Shown piece by piece: positions 27,970 to 37,755 of a stretch of DNA of 64,000 bases. Location: contig JBGARZ010000001.1 in assembly GCA_044229975.1 (NCBI GenBank), positions 480,001 through 544,000 on the forward strand, written 5' to 3'. Under the pieces are notes generated by a model. The model saw nothing but the letters and a program-made list of their open reading frames with translations, searched no databases and was not told where the DNA came from. The position numbers were made by a program, and so were the translations under genes. This stretch comes from Polyangiales bacterium. Lineage in GTDB: Bacteria > Myxococcota_A > Polyangia > Polyangiales > Ga0077539. Each line of letters opens with the position of its first letter. Position 1 is the stretch's first letter.

Positions 27970-29730
27970 ATGTCCGTCCGTGTTTGGCTGATGCTGTCGA
28001 TCGCGCTCGCCCTGGGGGTCGCTCGCTCCGCGTCGGCGCAGACAACGATCAGCGCCCTGCCGGGCTACGAGCTGCGCTACGAGCGCGCCATGGCGCTCGC
28101 CAACGAAGGGCGGCACCTCGAGGCGGCCGCGGCCTTCGCCGACGTGCGCGACTCCACCGACGGCGACCGCTACCTGGCCGTGGCAGGTCGCGCCGTCGTC
28201 GATCAGTGGCAGGCGCAGATCGAGGCCCTGGTGGTGCGAGGTGAGCTCGACGCCTGCGACGCCGTCCGGGCCTCGGTCAACCCCGCGCACCTCATCGACG
28301 CACGCGGTCAGGCCCTCCTGACGCCCGCGCGGGTGGCGGTGTGTCAGGGCGCTCCCTTCGGCGTCACGACGTCGCCGACCGACGTGCGCGTGATGCCCAT
28401 CCCCGAGGCGGTTCGGCACCTGATGGATGCGCGCGTGGAGTACAGCAGCCGCGTCCCCGCCGCGCTCGACCGACAGGCCGCGACCGATGGCCGGTGGGGC
28501 GGTCCCCTCCGAGCCCGCTTCGCGCTCCTCAACGCCCGAACCCTGCTCCGCTTCGGGCACATCGCGCAGGCTGAGCTTTTCTATGGCGAGATCCTGTCCG
28601 TCTACTGCGACGAGGCGAACGTCACCGAGCAGTGCTTCGCAGACCTCACCCCGCTGCTCACGCGACTTGGACGCCACGCCGAACTCGACGTGTACGCCGC
28701 CCGACGCGCGACCTCCTGCCGCGGTCATGTCGGACCCGAAGGACCATCGAACCCATTTCTCCACGCGGTCTCCCTCTTCGCGGAAGCCGAACGCGCACCC
28801 CGTGCGCAGGCCGATGAGCTCTACGCCCGCGCGGCTGCCGAGATGGATGAGCGCCTCCGCGCGCACCCTCACCATGCGCAGGCGGCGCTCGCGAACCACT
28901 ACGTCGCGCTCGCGCTGGAGCGGAGCGGTCGCCTGATCGCCGCGGCCGAGCGGTACCTCCGCGTCGTGAACGACTACGACGGGCTGCGCGATCACCTCGG
29001 TCACGACCTCACGGGCCTCGACCTGAGCCAGCGCATCAACCTCCTGGAGGCGTCGTCGTGGCGCGCCGCGCTGACCCTCGAACGTGTCGGTGACCTCGAC
29101 CGCGCGAGGGAGCGTTGGCGATCGCTGCTCGCTGATCCTCGCTTCGTCGACGCGTTCGATCGCGCCGCCCATGTCGACGATGCGCGCGCCCACCTCGCCA
29201 TGATCGATAGCCAACGCTCGGCCAACGCGCCGGTCCCACACGAGCGTTGGTTCGGGCAGGTCGAGGCCCGTTTGAACGCCCTGCTCCGCCGACCGATGCG
29301 GCCCACGGACGTCCACTTCATGGAGGCGATCGATCTGCTGGATGGGCTCACCGGCGCCGCCCCCGCGCGCGGTGGCCCCGAGCGGGCCGTGCACGCACTC
29401 CTGTTCGTCGCCGCGGGATACGAGCGCCTTGCGGTGGCGATCACGGGCACGCCCGGCACGGCCGAGATGCTGCTGCCGATGAGGCGGCGCGCGCTCGACG
29501 TCTACGCCCAGGCCATCCGTCTGACGCGCGACAACGGGCTTCCGTTGTCTGCGGTCGCCACGGCGATCGATCGACTGCGCGCGGCGGAGAACGCGCCCGC
29601 TCGCGAACTGTTTCGACCGGGCGCCCTCGACGACGTGCTCTCGGTCGAGGCGGTCGGAGCATCGTTGCTCGCGACCTCCTTCCGCTCGCAGTCGCCAGCC
29701 CCGCTCGACTCCGCCGAAGCGTCGCGATAG
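27970..29730 (+). CDS. Secreted TPR-like helical protein
   Basis: Signal peptide (ASA-Q) and TPR-like helices (ANHYVALALERSGRLIAAAERY). Confidence 0.65.
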   Translation: MSVRVWLMLSIALALGVARSASAQTTISALPGYELRYERAMALANEGRHLEAAAAFADVRDSTDGDRYLAVAGRAVVDQWQAQIEALVVRGELDACDAVRASVNPAHLIDARGQALLTPARVAVCQGAPFGVTTSPTDVRVMPIPEAVRHLMDARVEYSSRVPAALDRQAATDGRWGGPLRARFALLNARTLLRFGHIAQAELFYGEILSVYCDEANVTEQCFADLTPLLTRLGRHAELDVYAARRATSCRGHVGPEGPSNPFLHAVSLFAEAERAPRAQADELYARAAAEMDERLRAHPHHAQAALANHYVALALERSGRLIAAAERYLRVVNDYDGLRDHLGHDLTGLDLSQRINLLEASSWRAALTLERVGDLDRARERWRSLLADPRFVDAFDRAAHVDDARAHLAMIDSQRSANAPVPHERWFGQVEARLNALLRRPMRPTDVHFMEAIDLLDGLTGAAPARGGPERAVHALLFVAAGYERLAVAITGTPGTAEMLLPMRRRALDVYAQAIRLTRDNGLPLSAVATAIDRLRAAENAPARELFRPGALDDVLSVEAVGASLLATSFRSQSPAPLDSAEASR

Positions 29731-29931
29731 CGGCGGACGCGCTTCACTCCCAAAGGGTCGGCGAGGTCGGCGATCGAAGGGGTATGGAGCGCGAACACCG
29801 CGCTCGAACCGATCGGGGCCCGCGGATCTCGTGAGCGCGCGACGACGTCGTGACGTGTGCGCCGAGACTTCGCTGGACCCGTGTCGACCCATCACCGGAC
29901 CCGGTCAGGGCCCCGTACGAGACAGGACCCC

Positions 29932-30942
29932 ATGAAGACCTACGCAGCCCCGGAACCGTCGAAAACCAGTGCCCGTCCAACCAGTCAGCACAACGAGAAC
30001 TCCGTACTGTTCTCGCTCGCAACGCTCCAGCAGCTCACCTCCCGGCAGGCTGCGGCCGCGGATTCGGTCAACGCCGCGCCGGACGCGGGGTCGAAGAGTT
30101 CGGTCGACGACATCCTGAGCGTGGGCGCGTCGGGTGGCCCGAACTCGCCGCTCGCAGCACCGGTGCTCGCGCCCGTCGCATTGCCTGCGATGGCCATCGT
30201 CGCGCCGCTCACACCGCCGCGATCCGCGAGCGGATCGACAAGCATGACGGGGGCGGTCATCGCAGCAGCGGTCATCGTCAGCCTGGGGGGCATCGGTGCG
30301 ATGGCCCTCTACCTCCGAAAGAGCGAGCCGGTCGCGCTGATGGTTGCATCGAATACCGACACCAGCACGCCCGCCTCCGCGGCCGTGATCGCCGAGCGCG
30401 CCCCGACGCCGACCGGGCAGCCCGAGAGAGCGCCGGTGCCCGCGGTGGTGCCCACACCCGAGGTCGTCAGCCATCGCGACCGCTCGCACGACCGCGATCG
30501 TCGGCCGAGCTCCGCGGCGCACGCACCGACGCCGATCGCCCCCACTCCGCCGCCCGTCCCCACTCGTCAGCCCGCCGCGCACGAGAACAGCCTCGACGAC
30601 GTGATGCTTCGCGCCGTCGTCGTCCCCAGCTCCGCTGACCCCGCCCCGCCTGCTCCCGTCGCGGTTGGCCCGGACCTCCCCGCGCTGCCGACGCGGCCCA
30701 GCGTGGTCGCGGCGATGCGCGACGTCGGTCCAGCGGTGCGCCGCTGCGGCACCGGCCAGGGCGGATTCGCCGCCGTCACCGTGGTCTTCAACAACCAGGG
30801 CAGCGTCAACACCGCCAACGTCGCGCCACCCGCCGCGGGCAATGCCGTCGGGAGCTGCGTCGCCCGCGCGGTTCGCGGCGCGCGTCTCTCGCCCTTCGCC
30901 CGCCCGACCTTCTCGGTCACCTACCCCTTCGCCCTCGACTGA
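29932..30942 (+). CDS. Single-TM Pro-rich protein with C-terminal AgmX/PglI (TonB-C-like) domain
   Basis: NENSVLFSL motif, TM helix, Pro-rich linker, C-terminal ...RRCG...GSCVARAVRGARLSPF...SVTYPF. Confidence 0.7.
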   Translation: MKTYAAPEPSKTSARPTSQHNENSVLFSLATLQQLTSRQAAAADSVNAAPDAGSKSSVDDILSVGASGGPNSPLAAPVLAPVALPAMAIVAPLTPPRSASGSTSMTGAVIAAAVIVSLGGIGAMALYLRKSEPVALMVASNTDTSTPASAAVIAERAPTPTGQPERAPVPAVVPTPEVVSHRDRSHDRDRRPSSAAHAPTPIAPTPPPVPTRQPAAHENSLDDVMLRAVVVPSSADPAPPAPVAVGPDLPALPTRPSVVAAMRDVGPAVRRCGTGQGGFAAVTVVFNNQGSVNTANVAPPAAGNAVGSCVARAVRGARLSPFARPTFSVTYPFALD

Positions 30943-31013
30943 CCGCCCACCGCCGAGCTCCGCGCACAAGCGGGTATGACCGACGCGCCCGTGGCGGTAC
31001 GGTCACCGTCACC

Positions 31014-34000
31014 ATGACTCCCGGTCGAGGCGCGCGGCGGGCGGAGGCCGTCCTCCTCTTCGCCTGGAACTACTCCGCGGTCTCCGCCTACTTCGCCGGG
31101 CGCGCGGTGCGCGATGCGCTCTTCCTCGCCCACGAGTCGCCCTCACGCCTGCCCCTCATGTACGTCGTGTCGCCCCTCGCCGTGAGCGTCGTGGGCTTCG
31201 CCTACTCGCGCGTCGCCGACCGCGTGCGCCGCGATCACATCGTGCAGGCGACGGCCCTGCTCTTCGCCGCGCTCCTCACCGCCGCGTGGCTCTCCCTCGG
31301 ACCGCGCTGGATCTACTACGCCCTCTACGCCGGCGTGGAGGTGATGGGCGCCATGCTCATGATGCAGTTCTGGACCAGCGCGGGCGACCGCTTCTCCCCG
31401 CGCGAGGCCCGCCGCGTCTTCGGCCTCATCGCCGCAGGCGGAACCGTCGCCAACATCACCGTCGGCCTCGCCCTCGCCCGCCTCGTCGGCCGCACCGGCG
31501 CCGAGCCGATGCTCCTCGTCTGCGCCGGCTTCCTCGTCGCCGTCGCCCTGCTCGCCCGCGCCCTCGCACGACACCCCGGCGCGCGCACCGCCCCGTCACC
31601 TCGCACCCCCGCTCGCACCGCCGCGACACCCTCCTCGACGACACCACCCGGCGCGGGTCACCTCCGTCTGCTCGGTCCTATGATCGCGTGCGCCGTCCTC
31701 GCCTCGACGCTGCTCGACTTCCAGTACAAGACCCTCGCGACCCAGTCGTTTCACGGCGACCGCGTCGCGATGCTGCGCTTCTTCGCGACGCTCTCCAGCG
31801 GCGTCGGCGCCGTGTCGCTGCTCGTGCAGTTCTTCGTCACCTCGCGCCTGCTCGAACGCTTCGGCGTCGCGGGCGCCCTCATGCTCTATCCCGGCACTCT
31901 CGGCCTCAGCGCCGCGGGCATGCTCGCCGCCCCCTCCCTCGCCTCGGCCGCCGTCAGCAAGTTCGGCGACGTCTTCCGCTACACCGTCCACGACGCGGCG
32001 ATGCAGCTCCTCTACCTCCCGGTTCCTGCCGCGGAGCGGGGACGTCGCAAGGCCACCCTCGACGGCATCATCAAGCCCTGCACCGAAGCCCTCGCGGGCG
32101 CCTCCCTCTTCGCCTACCGCGCGCTCTCCGGTGCCCTCGCACCGCTCGCTGCCCTCACCGCCATCGTCACCGTGCTGTGGGTGCTCGCGATCCTTCGGAT
32201 GCGCCCCGCGTATGCGCGCTCGCTCGCCGAGACGCTGCGTCGTCGTCGGCTGTCCGCGGGTGTTCCTGATGAGGCGCTGGCCCTCGACCTCGCGCAGGCC
32301 GTCCGCGGCGCGCTCGACTCCGCCGACCCCGCCGAGCTGCGCCACGGGCTCGACCTCGCTCCCCTCGCCCCACGCCCCCTCGCCGCCAGTCTCCGCGCGC
32401 TCGTCGATCACCCAGACGCCGACGTGCGCGCGCGCGCCCTCGCCTGCCTCGCCGCGGGCACCGTCCCCATCGACGACGACGCGCTCGACCGATCGCTCGC
32501 TCACGCCGACCCGGCCGTGCGCGCCGAAGCCGCCCGCGCCGCCACGGGAACGCAGATCACCCGCGTCGCGCCGCTGCTCGACGACCCCGAAGCCGCGGTC
32601 GTCGCTGCCGCCGCTGGGGTCCTCCACGCGCACGGCGATCGCGAGCGGGTCGTCGCGCGCGTCGAGACGCTCCTCGTCGACGGCGACGCCGCGGTGCGCA
32701 CGCTCGGCCTCCTGGTCGCGCGAACCGTAGCCAACCCCGCACTCCTGCCCGCGCTCATCGCCCGCTTCGATGACCCCCGCGAGGCCCGCCGCGCGCTCGA
32801 AGCGGCCGCCGCCGTCGGCCCCGCCGCCGAGCCCGCCCTCGTCGCCGCGCTGGCGCAACCCGATCGCGCGCCCGCCGCCGTCCGCGCCCTCGGCCTCCTC
32901 GGTCGTCCGTCGTCCATCAACCACGTCGCCGCGGCGCTCTCCCACGACGACGAGCGCGTGCGCGACGCCGCCTGCGAAGCCCTCTCGCGCGCCGCCACCC
33001 GCGACGATCCGCCCGATCTCCCAGGCGATGCGATGCTCGTCGCGTGTGAGACCGATCTGGCCCGCGCGTTCACGGCCATGGCCGCCGCGGCGGGCCTCGG
33101 TCGCGCCGAGTCGGCCCTCATGTCCGACGGAACCCGCGCGCTCGTCCCCTACCGCCCCGACGAGGTCGACGGCCCCGCGGCGCTCATCTCGCGCGCCCTG
33201 CGCGAGCGCGGAGAGCGGGCGCGCAACCGGGTGTTTCTCCTGCTGGGTGCGCTCGAACCCGAGCTCGACGTCCCGACGGTGCGCGAGAACCTCGACGAGC
33301 CCGACCCGGTGCGCCGCGCAAACGCGGTCGAGCTCCTCGATGCAGGCGCCTGGCGAGGCAGGGCCGGGACCATCAAGTCCCTCGTCATCACCCTCGTCGA
33401 CGAGTCGCCGCGCGAGCTGAAGCTGTCCGCCGTGTCGCGACGGCTGAAGCTCCCGGCGCGCGCCCGCGACGGGTGGGTGACGGCGCTCCTCGACGACCCC
33501 AACGCGTGGATGGCCGCGTGCGCGGCGTACTACGCGGGCGCGGCGGGGGTCGTGTCGGCGAGGCCGAAGCTCGACGCGTTGACGCGCGACCCGAGGGCCG
33601 TTGTGAGGGAGACCGCGACGCGGGCGTGCGCGACCCTCGACCGAGGACCAGGGGACACGAAGGAAGAGGGCGCGATGATCACGACGGCGGAGAAGGTGTT
33701 GTTCCTCAAGGGCATCGAGCTCTTCGCCGCGGTGCCGAGCGAGGACCTGGTCGAGATCGCCGCGATCACCACAGAGGTCGCGGCCGACGAGTCCGAGGAG
33801 GTCTTCCGCGAGGGCGACCGCGGCGACGCGCTCTACCTCGTGGTCGACGGGTCGGTGCGGGTCGAACGCGGCGGGCGCACCCTGGCCGTGCTCGGCGTGC
33901 GGGACGTCTTCGGAGAGATGTCCCTCCTCGACGCCGAGGCCCGCAGCGCGACCGCCGTGGCCGTCTCCGGCCTCACGCTCCTTCGTATCGGGCGTGATGA

Positions 34001-34118
34001 CTTCACGGCGGTGTTGCGCGAGCGACCCGAGGTGGCGGCGGGCGTGCTGCGGGTGCTCTCCCGGCGACTGCGCGCGGCCAACCTCAGCGCCGACCACACC
34101 GCGGACCCGCCGCGGTGA
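31014..34118 (+). CDS. Npt1/Npt2-like nucleotide transporter fused to HEAT repeats and a cyclic-nucleotide-binding domain
   Basis: RDALFL, QFWTSAGDRFSPREARRVFGLIAAGG, LLDFQYK, LLYLPVP (NTT/TLC-like MFS). HEAT repeats (D.D..VR..A). cNMP domain VFREGDRGDALY...FGEMSLLDAEARSATA. Confidence 0.9.
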   Translation: MTPGRGARRAEAVLLFAWNYSAVSAYFAGRAVRDALFLAHESPSRLPLMYVVSPLAVSVVGFAYSRVADRVRRDHIVQATALLFAALLTAAWLSLGPRWIYYALYAGVEVMGAMLMMQFWTSAGDRFSPREARRVFGLIAAGGTVANITVGLALARLVGRTGAEPMLLVCAGFLVAVALLARALARHPGARTAPSPRTPARTAATPSSTTPPGAGHLRLLGPMIACAVLASTLLDFQYKTLATQSFHGDRVAMLRFFATLSSGVGAVSLLVQFFVTSRLLERFGVAGALMLYPGTLGLSAAGMLAAPSLASAAVSKFGDVFRYTVHDAAMQLLYLPVPAAERGRRKATLDGIIKPCTEALAGASLFAYRALSGALAPLAALTAIVTVLWVLAILRMRPAYARSLAETLRRRRLSAGVPDEALALDLAQAVRGALDSADPAELRHGLDLAPLAPRPLAASLRALVDHPDADVRARALACLAAGTVPIDDDALDRSLAHADPAVRAEAARAATGTQITRVAPLLDDPEAAVVAAAAGVLHAHGDRERVVARVETLLVDGDAAVRTLGLLVARTVANPALLPALIARFDDPREARRALEAAAAVGPAAEPALVAALAQPDRAPAAVRALGLLGRPSSINHVAAALSHDDERVRDAACEALSRAATRDDPPDLPGDAMLVACETDLARAFTAMAAAAGLGRAESALMSDGTRALVPYRPDEVDGPAALISRALRERGERARNRVFLLLGALEPELDVPTVRENLDEPDPVRRANAVELLDAGAWRGRAGTIKSLVITLVDESPRELKLSAVSRRLKLPARARDGWVTALLDDPNAWMAACAAYYAGAAGVVSARPKLDALTRDPRAVVRETATRACATLDRGPGDTKEEGAMITTAEKVLFLKGIELFAAVPSEDLVEIAAITTEVAADESEEVFREGDRGDALYLVVDGSVRVERGGRTLAVLGVRDVFGEMSLLDAEARSATAVAVSGLTLLRIGRDDFTAVLRERPEVAAGVLRVLSRRLRAANLSADHTADPPR

Positions 34119-37100
34119 CCCGCTCGCCCGACGACACCGCGCCCACGCAGCCGCTCGCGAGCGCGCCGGAGTCGCCGTGGAGCGAGGTGAGCCCCGTCGA
34201 GGCCCTGATCCCGGTCGAGCGGGCGCGCTACGAGGTGCTCGGTGAGTTCGCGCGCGGAGGACTCGGCCGCATCTTCCGCGCCCGCGACCGCCGCACCGGG
34301 CGCGTCGTCGCCATCAAGGAGGTGCTGCTCGCGGAGCCCGACGTGCTGCGCCGCTTCGAGCGCGAGGCGCTCGTCACCGCCAACCTCCAGCACCCGTCCA
34401 TCGTCCCCGTCTACGAGGTCGGCCGCTGGTCCGATGGGGGGCCCTTCTTCGCGATGATGCTGGTGAAGGGTCGCCCCCTCGACGACCTCATCGACGAGAC
34501 CCCCGACCCCGCGAAGCGCCTCGCGCTGCTCCCGCACGCCATCGCCGTCGCCGAGGCCCTCGCGTACGCGCACGGCGAGCGGGTGATCCACCGCGACCTG
34601 AAGCCCGCCAACGTGCTGGTCGGCAGCTTCGGCGAGACCGTGGTCATCGACTGGGGCCTCGCGCGCAACCTCGCAGCGGACGAACCCGACGCCTCGTCGC
34701 GCCCCATCCCGGTGCCTGCCGCGGGCGACCAGACCGTCGCCGGGAGCGTCATGGGAACACCCGCCTACATGCCCCCGGAGCAGGCGCGCGGCGAGGTCGT
34801 CGACGAGCGCGCGGACGTCTACGCCATCGGCGCGATCCTCTATCACCTGCTCGGTGGCGTTCGTCCCTACGCCGAGGCCCTGCGCGCCGAGTTCGTCCTC
34901 CAGCGTGTCATCGCGGGTCCACCACGGCCGCTCACCGAGCTCGCGCCCGAGCTGCCAGCCGAGCTCATCGCCGTCGTCGCGCGCGCCACGGCCCACCGCC
35001 CCGAAGACCGCTACCCGACCGCCCGCGGGCTCGCCGACGACCTCCGTCGTTACACCGCGGGTCAGCTCGTGGGCGCCCACCGCTACACCGTGCGCGAGCT
35101 CGCCGCGCGGTGGGTGCGGCGCAACCGGGCGCTCGTCGCGACGGCCGCCGCCGCGCTCGTGGGCCTCGGTGCCTTCGGTGCGTACAGCGTGCGGCGCATC
35201 TCTGCCGAGCGCGACGAGGCCACGCGACAGCGAGCCGTCGCAGTGCGCGCCCAGGCGCTCGCGGAGCAGGAGCTTGGTGTCGGCCTGGAGGAGTTCGGCC
35301 GGCAGGCGCTCGTCGCGGGCAACGCGGCGCAGGCGATGACGTACTTCGCCGCCTCGTGGGGGCACCGCCCCGAGGGGACCGCCACGCTGCGCTTCCTCGC
35401 AGGCCGGGCGCGCGACGCGACCGCGGGCGTGATCGACGTCGCGCCGGGTCACGACGGGACGACGCTCTGGGCCGCGCGCACCCCCGACGGCGCGTTGCTG
35501 TTGAGCGCGGGCTTCGACCGCGTGCTTCGCGCGTGGGACCTCCGCACCCGCCGCGTTCGTTGGTCGCAGCACGGCCCCGTGTACGCGGCCCTGTCGCCCG
35601 ACGGAACCCGCGTGGCCGCGGTCGACGAGCAGGGGACGCTCAGCGTCTACGCCACGTCGGACGGCTCGGTGGCCCATCGCGCGACCTTCGCCGCGGGAGA
35701 GGAGACGCTCGCCATCGACTGGTCCGCCGACGGGTCGCATCTCGCCGTGGGCGGCCGCGCCGGGACCCTCGGCCTGTGGGGCGCCGGACTCCGCGCGACG
35801 AGCGTGTTGCGAGCGCACACGGGACGCATCCGCGACGTTCGCTTCTCGCCCGACGGTGCGCTGCTCGCGAGCGCGGGCGACGACGGCGTGGTGCTGCTCT
35901 GGGACGCCGCGACGGGCGAGGCGCGCGGCCGTCTCGCGGCCCACCGCGGACAGGTGAACAGCGTCGCGTGGCTGGACCCGGCGCACCTCGCATCGGGCGG
36001 CGACGACGCGACGGTGATCGTGTGGGACGCGCGCACCGCAACAGCACAGCGCACCCTCGCGGCGGGCGCGGGCGTGTACCGCGTGGCGATCGACCGCGAG
36101 CGGCAGCGCATCGCGGCGGCGGTCGTCGACCCGGCGGTCGTGGTGTGGGATGCGCGCACGGGCGAGCGTGTCGCGAGCCTCGGCGGGCACCGCGGCAGCG
36201 CCAACGACGCGATGTTTTCGGCGGGTCACCTGCTGACGACCGACGAGGACGGAACGCTCCGACGCTGGGACATCGACCGCGCCGCGGTGGTGGGAACAGC
36301 GCCGACCGAGGGGCTCGCGTTCAGCGTGACCACGGGGCACGGCTTCGGCGTGGTGGCGGGCGAGGCCGCGCGGATACGTGTGCTGCGCGACGCCCCCGAC
36401 GCGTGGCTCGCGCGACTCGCGGGGCATCGCGCGCGGGTGCGACAGATCGCCTTCGACGCCACCGGGACGACGCTCTACACGGCCTCCAACGACGGAACGA
36501 CCCAGGCATGGGACGCCTCAACCGGTACGCACCGCTTCACCGTCGGCGTGAGCGACCCGTCGCCCGACCTCCCGGCACCATCGCCCGACACGCCGCCGCC
36601 GCCCAACCCGCACGGGGTTCGCGCGCTCGCGGTCACGCCCTACGACCGCACGCTGGTGACCGCCGCGGAGGACGGCACCGTGGGCGTGTGGGACGCCCGC
36701 AGCGGCGCGGCGCTCGGTCGCCTCGACGGACACCGTGGGCGCGTGCGGGACGTGACGCTCACGGCCGATGGCGCGACGGCGGTCACCGCGGGCGAGGACG
36801 GCACCGCGCGCGTGTGGGACGTCTCCACCCGCAGCCAGCGACGGCGCGTCGACATCGGAGCACCGTTGCAGAGCGCGCGGCTCACGCCCGACGGTCGACA
36901 GATCGTCGTGCTCGCGGAGGACCAGTCGCTCTCGTTCTGGGACGCGACCAGCGGCGCGCGGTTGGACGGTGGCGGCCTCGCGCCGACGCGCATCGTCGAG
37001 CTCCACTTCACGGCCAACGGTCGGCTCATCTCGCCGCAGGCCGACGCGGTGCGCCTCATTGATCCGGCGACGGGGGCCGAGGCACGCTCCATCGCGGTGG

Positions 37101-37564
37101 GGATGGTGTCGAGCGTCGACGTCTCGCCTGACGGGCACACGCTCTTCTTCGGAGGAGCGGGCGGCGAGGTGTACCTGGTGAACGAAGCCAACGGCGCGCG
37201 CATCCGGTCGTGGCACGCGCACGAGGGCGTCGTGACGGCGTCGCGCTTCCGCCCCGACGGCGCGGTGCTCGCGACCATCGGAACAGACTCCATCGTGCGC
37301 GTCTGGGAGACGTCCTCGGCGCGCCTGCTCGCCGCGTCACCACGCTTCCCGGGGATGACGTTGCAGTTGCGGTGGAGCGCCGACGGTCGTCGCCTCGGCG
37401 TCGCGGGCGTGTCGAGCGAGGCGTGGGTGTGGCAGGTCGCTCCGGCCGACGGCGACGCGGCGGCGTACGCCCGACGCGCGCGTTGCGTGAGCCCGTGGCG
37501 GCTCGACGGAACGTCACTGGTCGCCGCGACCGCCGACCCGGCGGCGTGCGCGCTGGTCCGGTGA
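34115..37564 (+). CDS. Ser/Thr protein kinase with TM helix and WD40 repeats
   Basis: ARGGLG, VAIK, HRDLKPAN, DWG, GTPAYMPPEQ, TM segment, many GH...WD repeats. GTGA overlap with the upstream gene. Confidence 0.94.
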   Translation: MTRSPDDTAPTQPLASAPESPWSEVSPVEALIPVERARYEVLGEFARGGLGRIFRARDRRTGRVVAIKEVLLAEPDVLRRFEREALVTANLQHPSIVPVYEVGRWSDGGPFFAMMLVKGRPLDDLIDETPDPAKRLALLPHAIAVAEALAYAHGERVIHRDLKPANVLVGSFGETVVIDWGLARNLAADEPDASSRPIPVPAAGDQTVAGSVMGTPAYMPPEQARGEVVDERADVYAIGAILYHLLGGVRPYAEALRAEFVLQRVIAGPPRPLTELAPELPAELIAVVARATAHRPEDRYPTARGLADDLRRYTAGQLVGAHRYTVRELAARWVRRNRALVATAAAALVGLGAFGAYSVRRISAERDEATRQRAVAVRAQALAEQELGVGLEEFGRQALVAGNAAQAMTYFAASWGHRPEGTATLRFLAGRARDATAGVIDVAPGHDGTTLWAARTPDGALLLSAGFDRVLRAWDLRTRRVRWSQHGPVYAALSPDGTRVAAVDEQGTLSVYATSDGSVAHRATFAAGEETLAIDWSADGSHLAVGGRAGTLGLWGAGLRATSVLRAHTGRIRDVRFSPDGALLASAGDDGVVLLWDAATGEARGRLAAHRGQVNSVAWLDPAHLASGGDDATVIVWDARTATAQRTLAAGAGVYRVAIDRERQRIAAAVVDPAVVVWDARTGERVASLGGHRGSANDAMFSAGHLLTTDEDGTLRRWDIDRAAVVGTAPTEGLAFSVTTGHGFGVVAGEAARIRVLRDAPDAWLARLAGHRARVRQIAFDATGTTLYTASNDGTTQAWDASTGTHRFTVGVSDPSPDLPAPSPDTPPPPNPHGVRALAVTPYDRTLVTAAEDGTVGVWDARSGAALGRLDGHRGRVRDVTLTADGATAVTAGEDGTARVWDVSTRSQRRRVDIGAPLQSARLTPDGRQIVVLAEDQSLSFWDATSGARLDGGGLAPTRIVELHFTANGRLISPQADAVRLIDPATGAEARSIAVGMVSSVDVSPDGHTLFFGGAGGEVYLVNEANGARIRSWHAHEGVVTASRFRPDGAVLATIGTDSIVRVWETSSARLLAASPRFPGMTLQLRWSADGRRLGVAGVSSEAWVWQVAPADGDAAAYARRARCVSPWRLDGTSLVAATADPAACALVR

Positions 37565-37593
37565 GGGTTCAGGTCTCGCGAGAGGCACTGCTA

Positions 37594-37753
37594 CCCCATG
37601 GCAGGAGTTCTGATGGGTTGGAGAAGCCGCAAGGACGCGAGGGTCGCCAGGATGAGATGAGATGAGGTGTTGGTGGGTCGCTCTGTTCGTTCCTCCCTTG
37701 CGACCCTCGCGTCCTTGCGACTTCCCCAACCCATCAGAACTCCTGCCATGGGG
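37594..37753. repeat. Long inverted repeat (MITE/REPIN-like element or RNA stem)
   Basis: Arms 37594-37647 and 37700-37753 are 54-bp reverse complements with 2 mismatches. The 52-nt spacer contains GATGAx3. Confidence 0.85.
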
Positions 37754-37755
37754 CA

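Noticed and set aside
37651..37666. GATGAx3 microsatellite as a phase-variation tract
   Set aside because: Only three units, intergenic between convergent genes.
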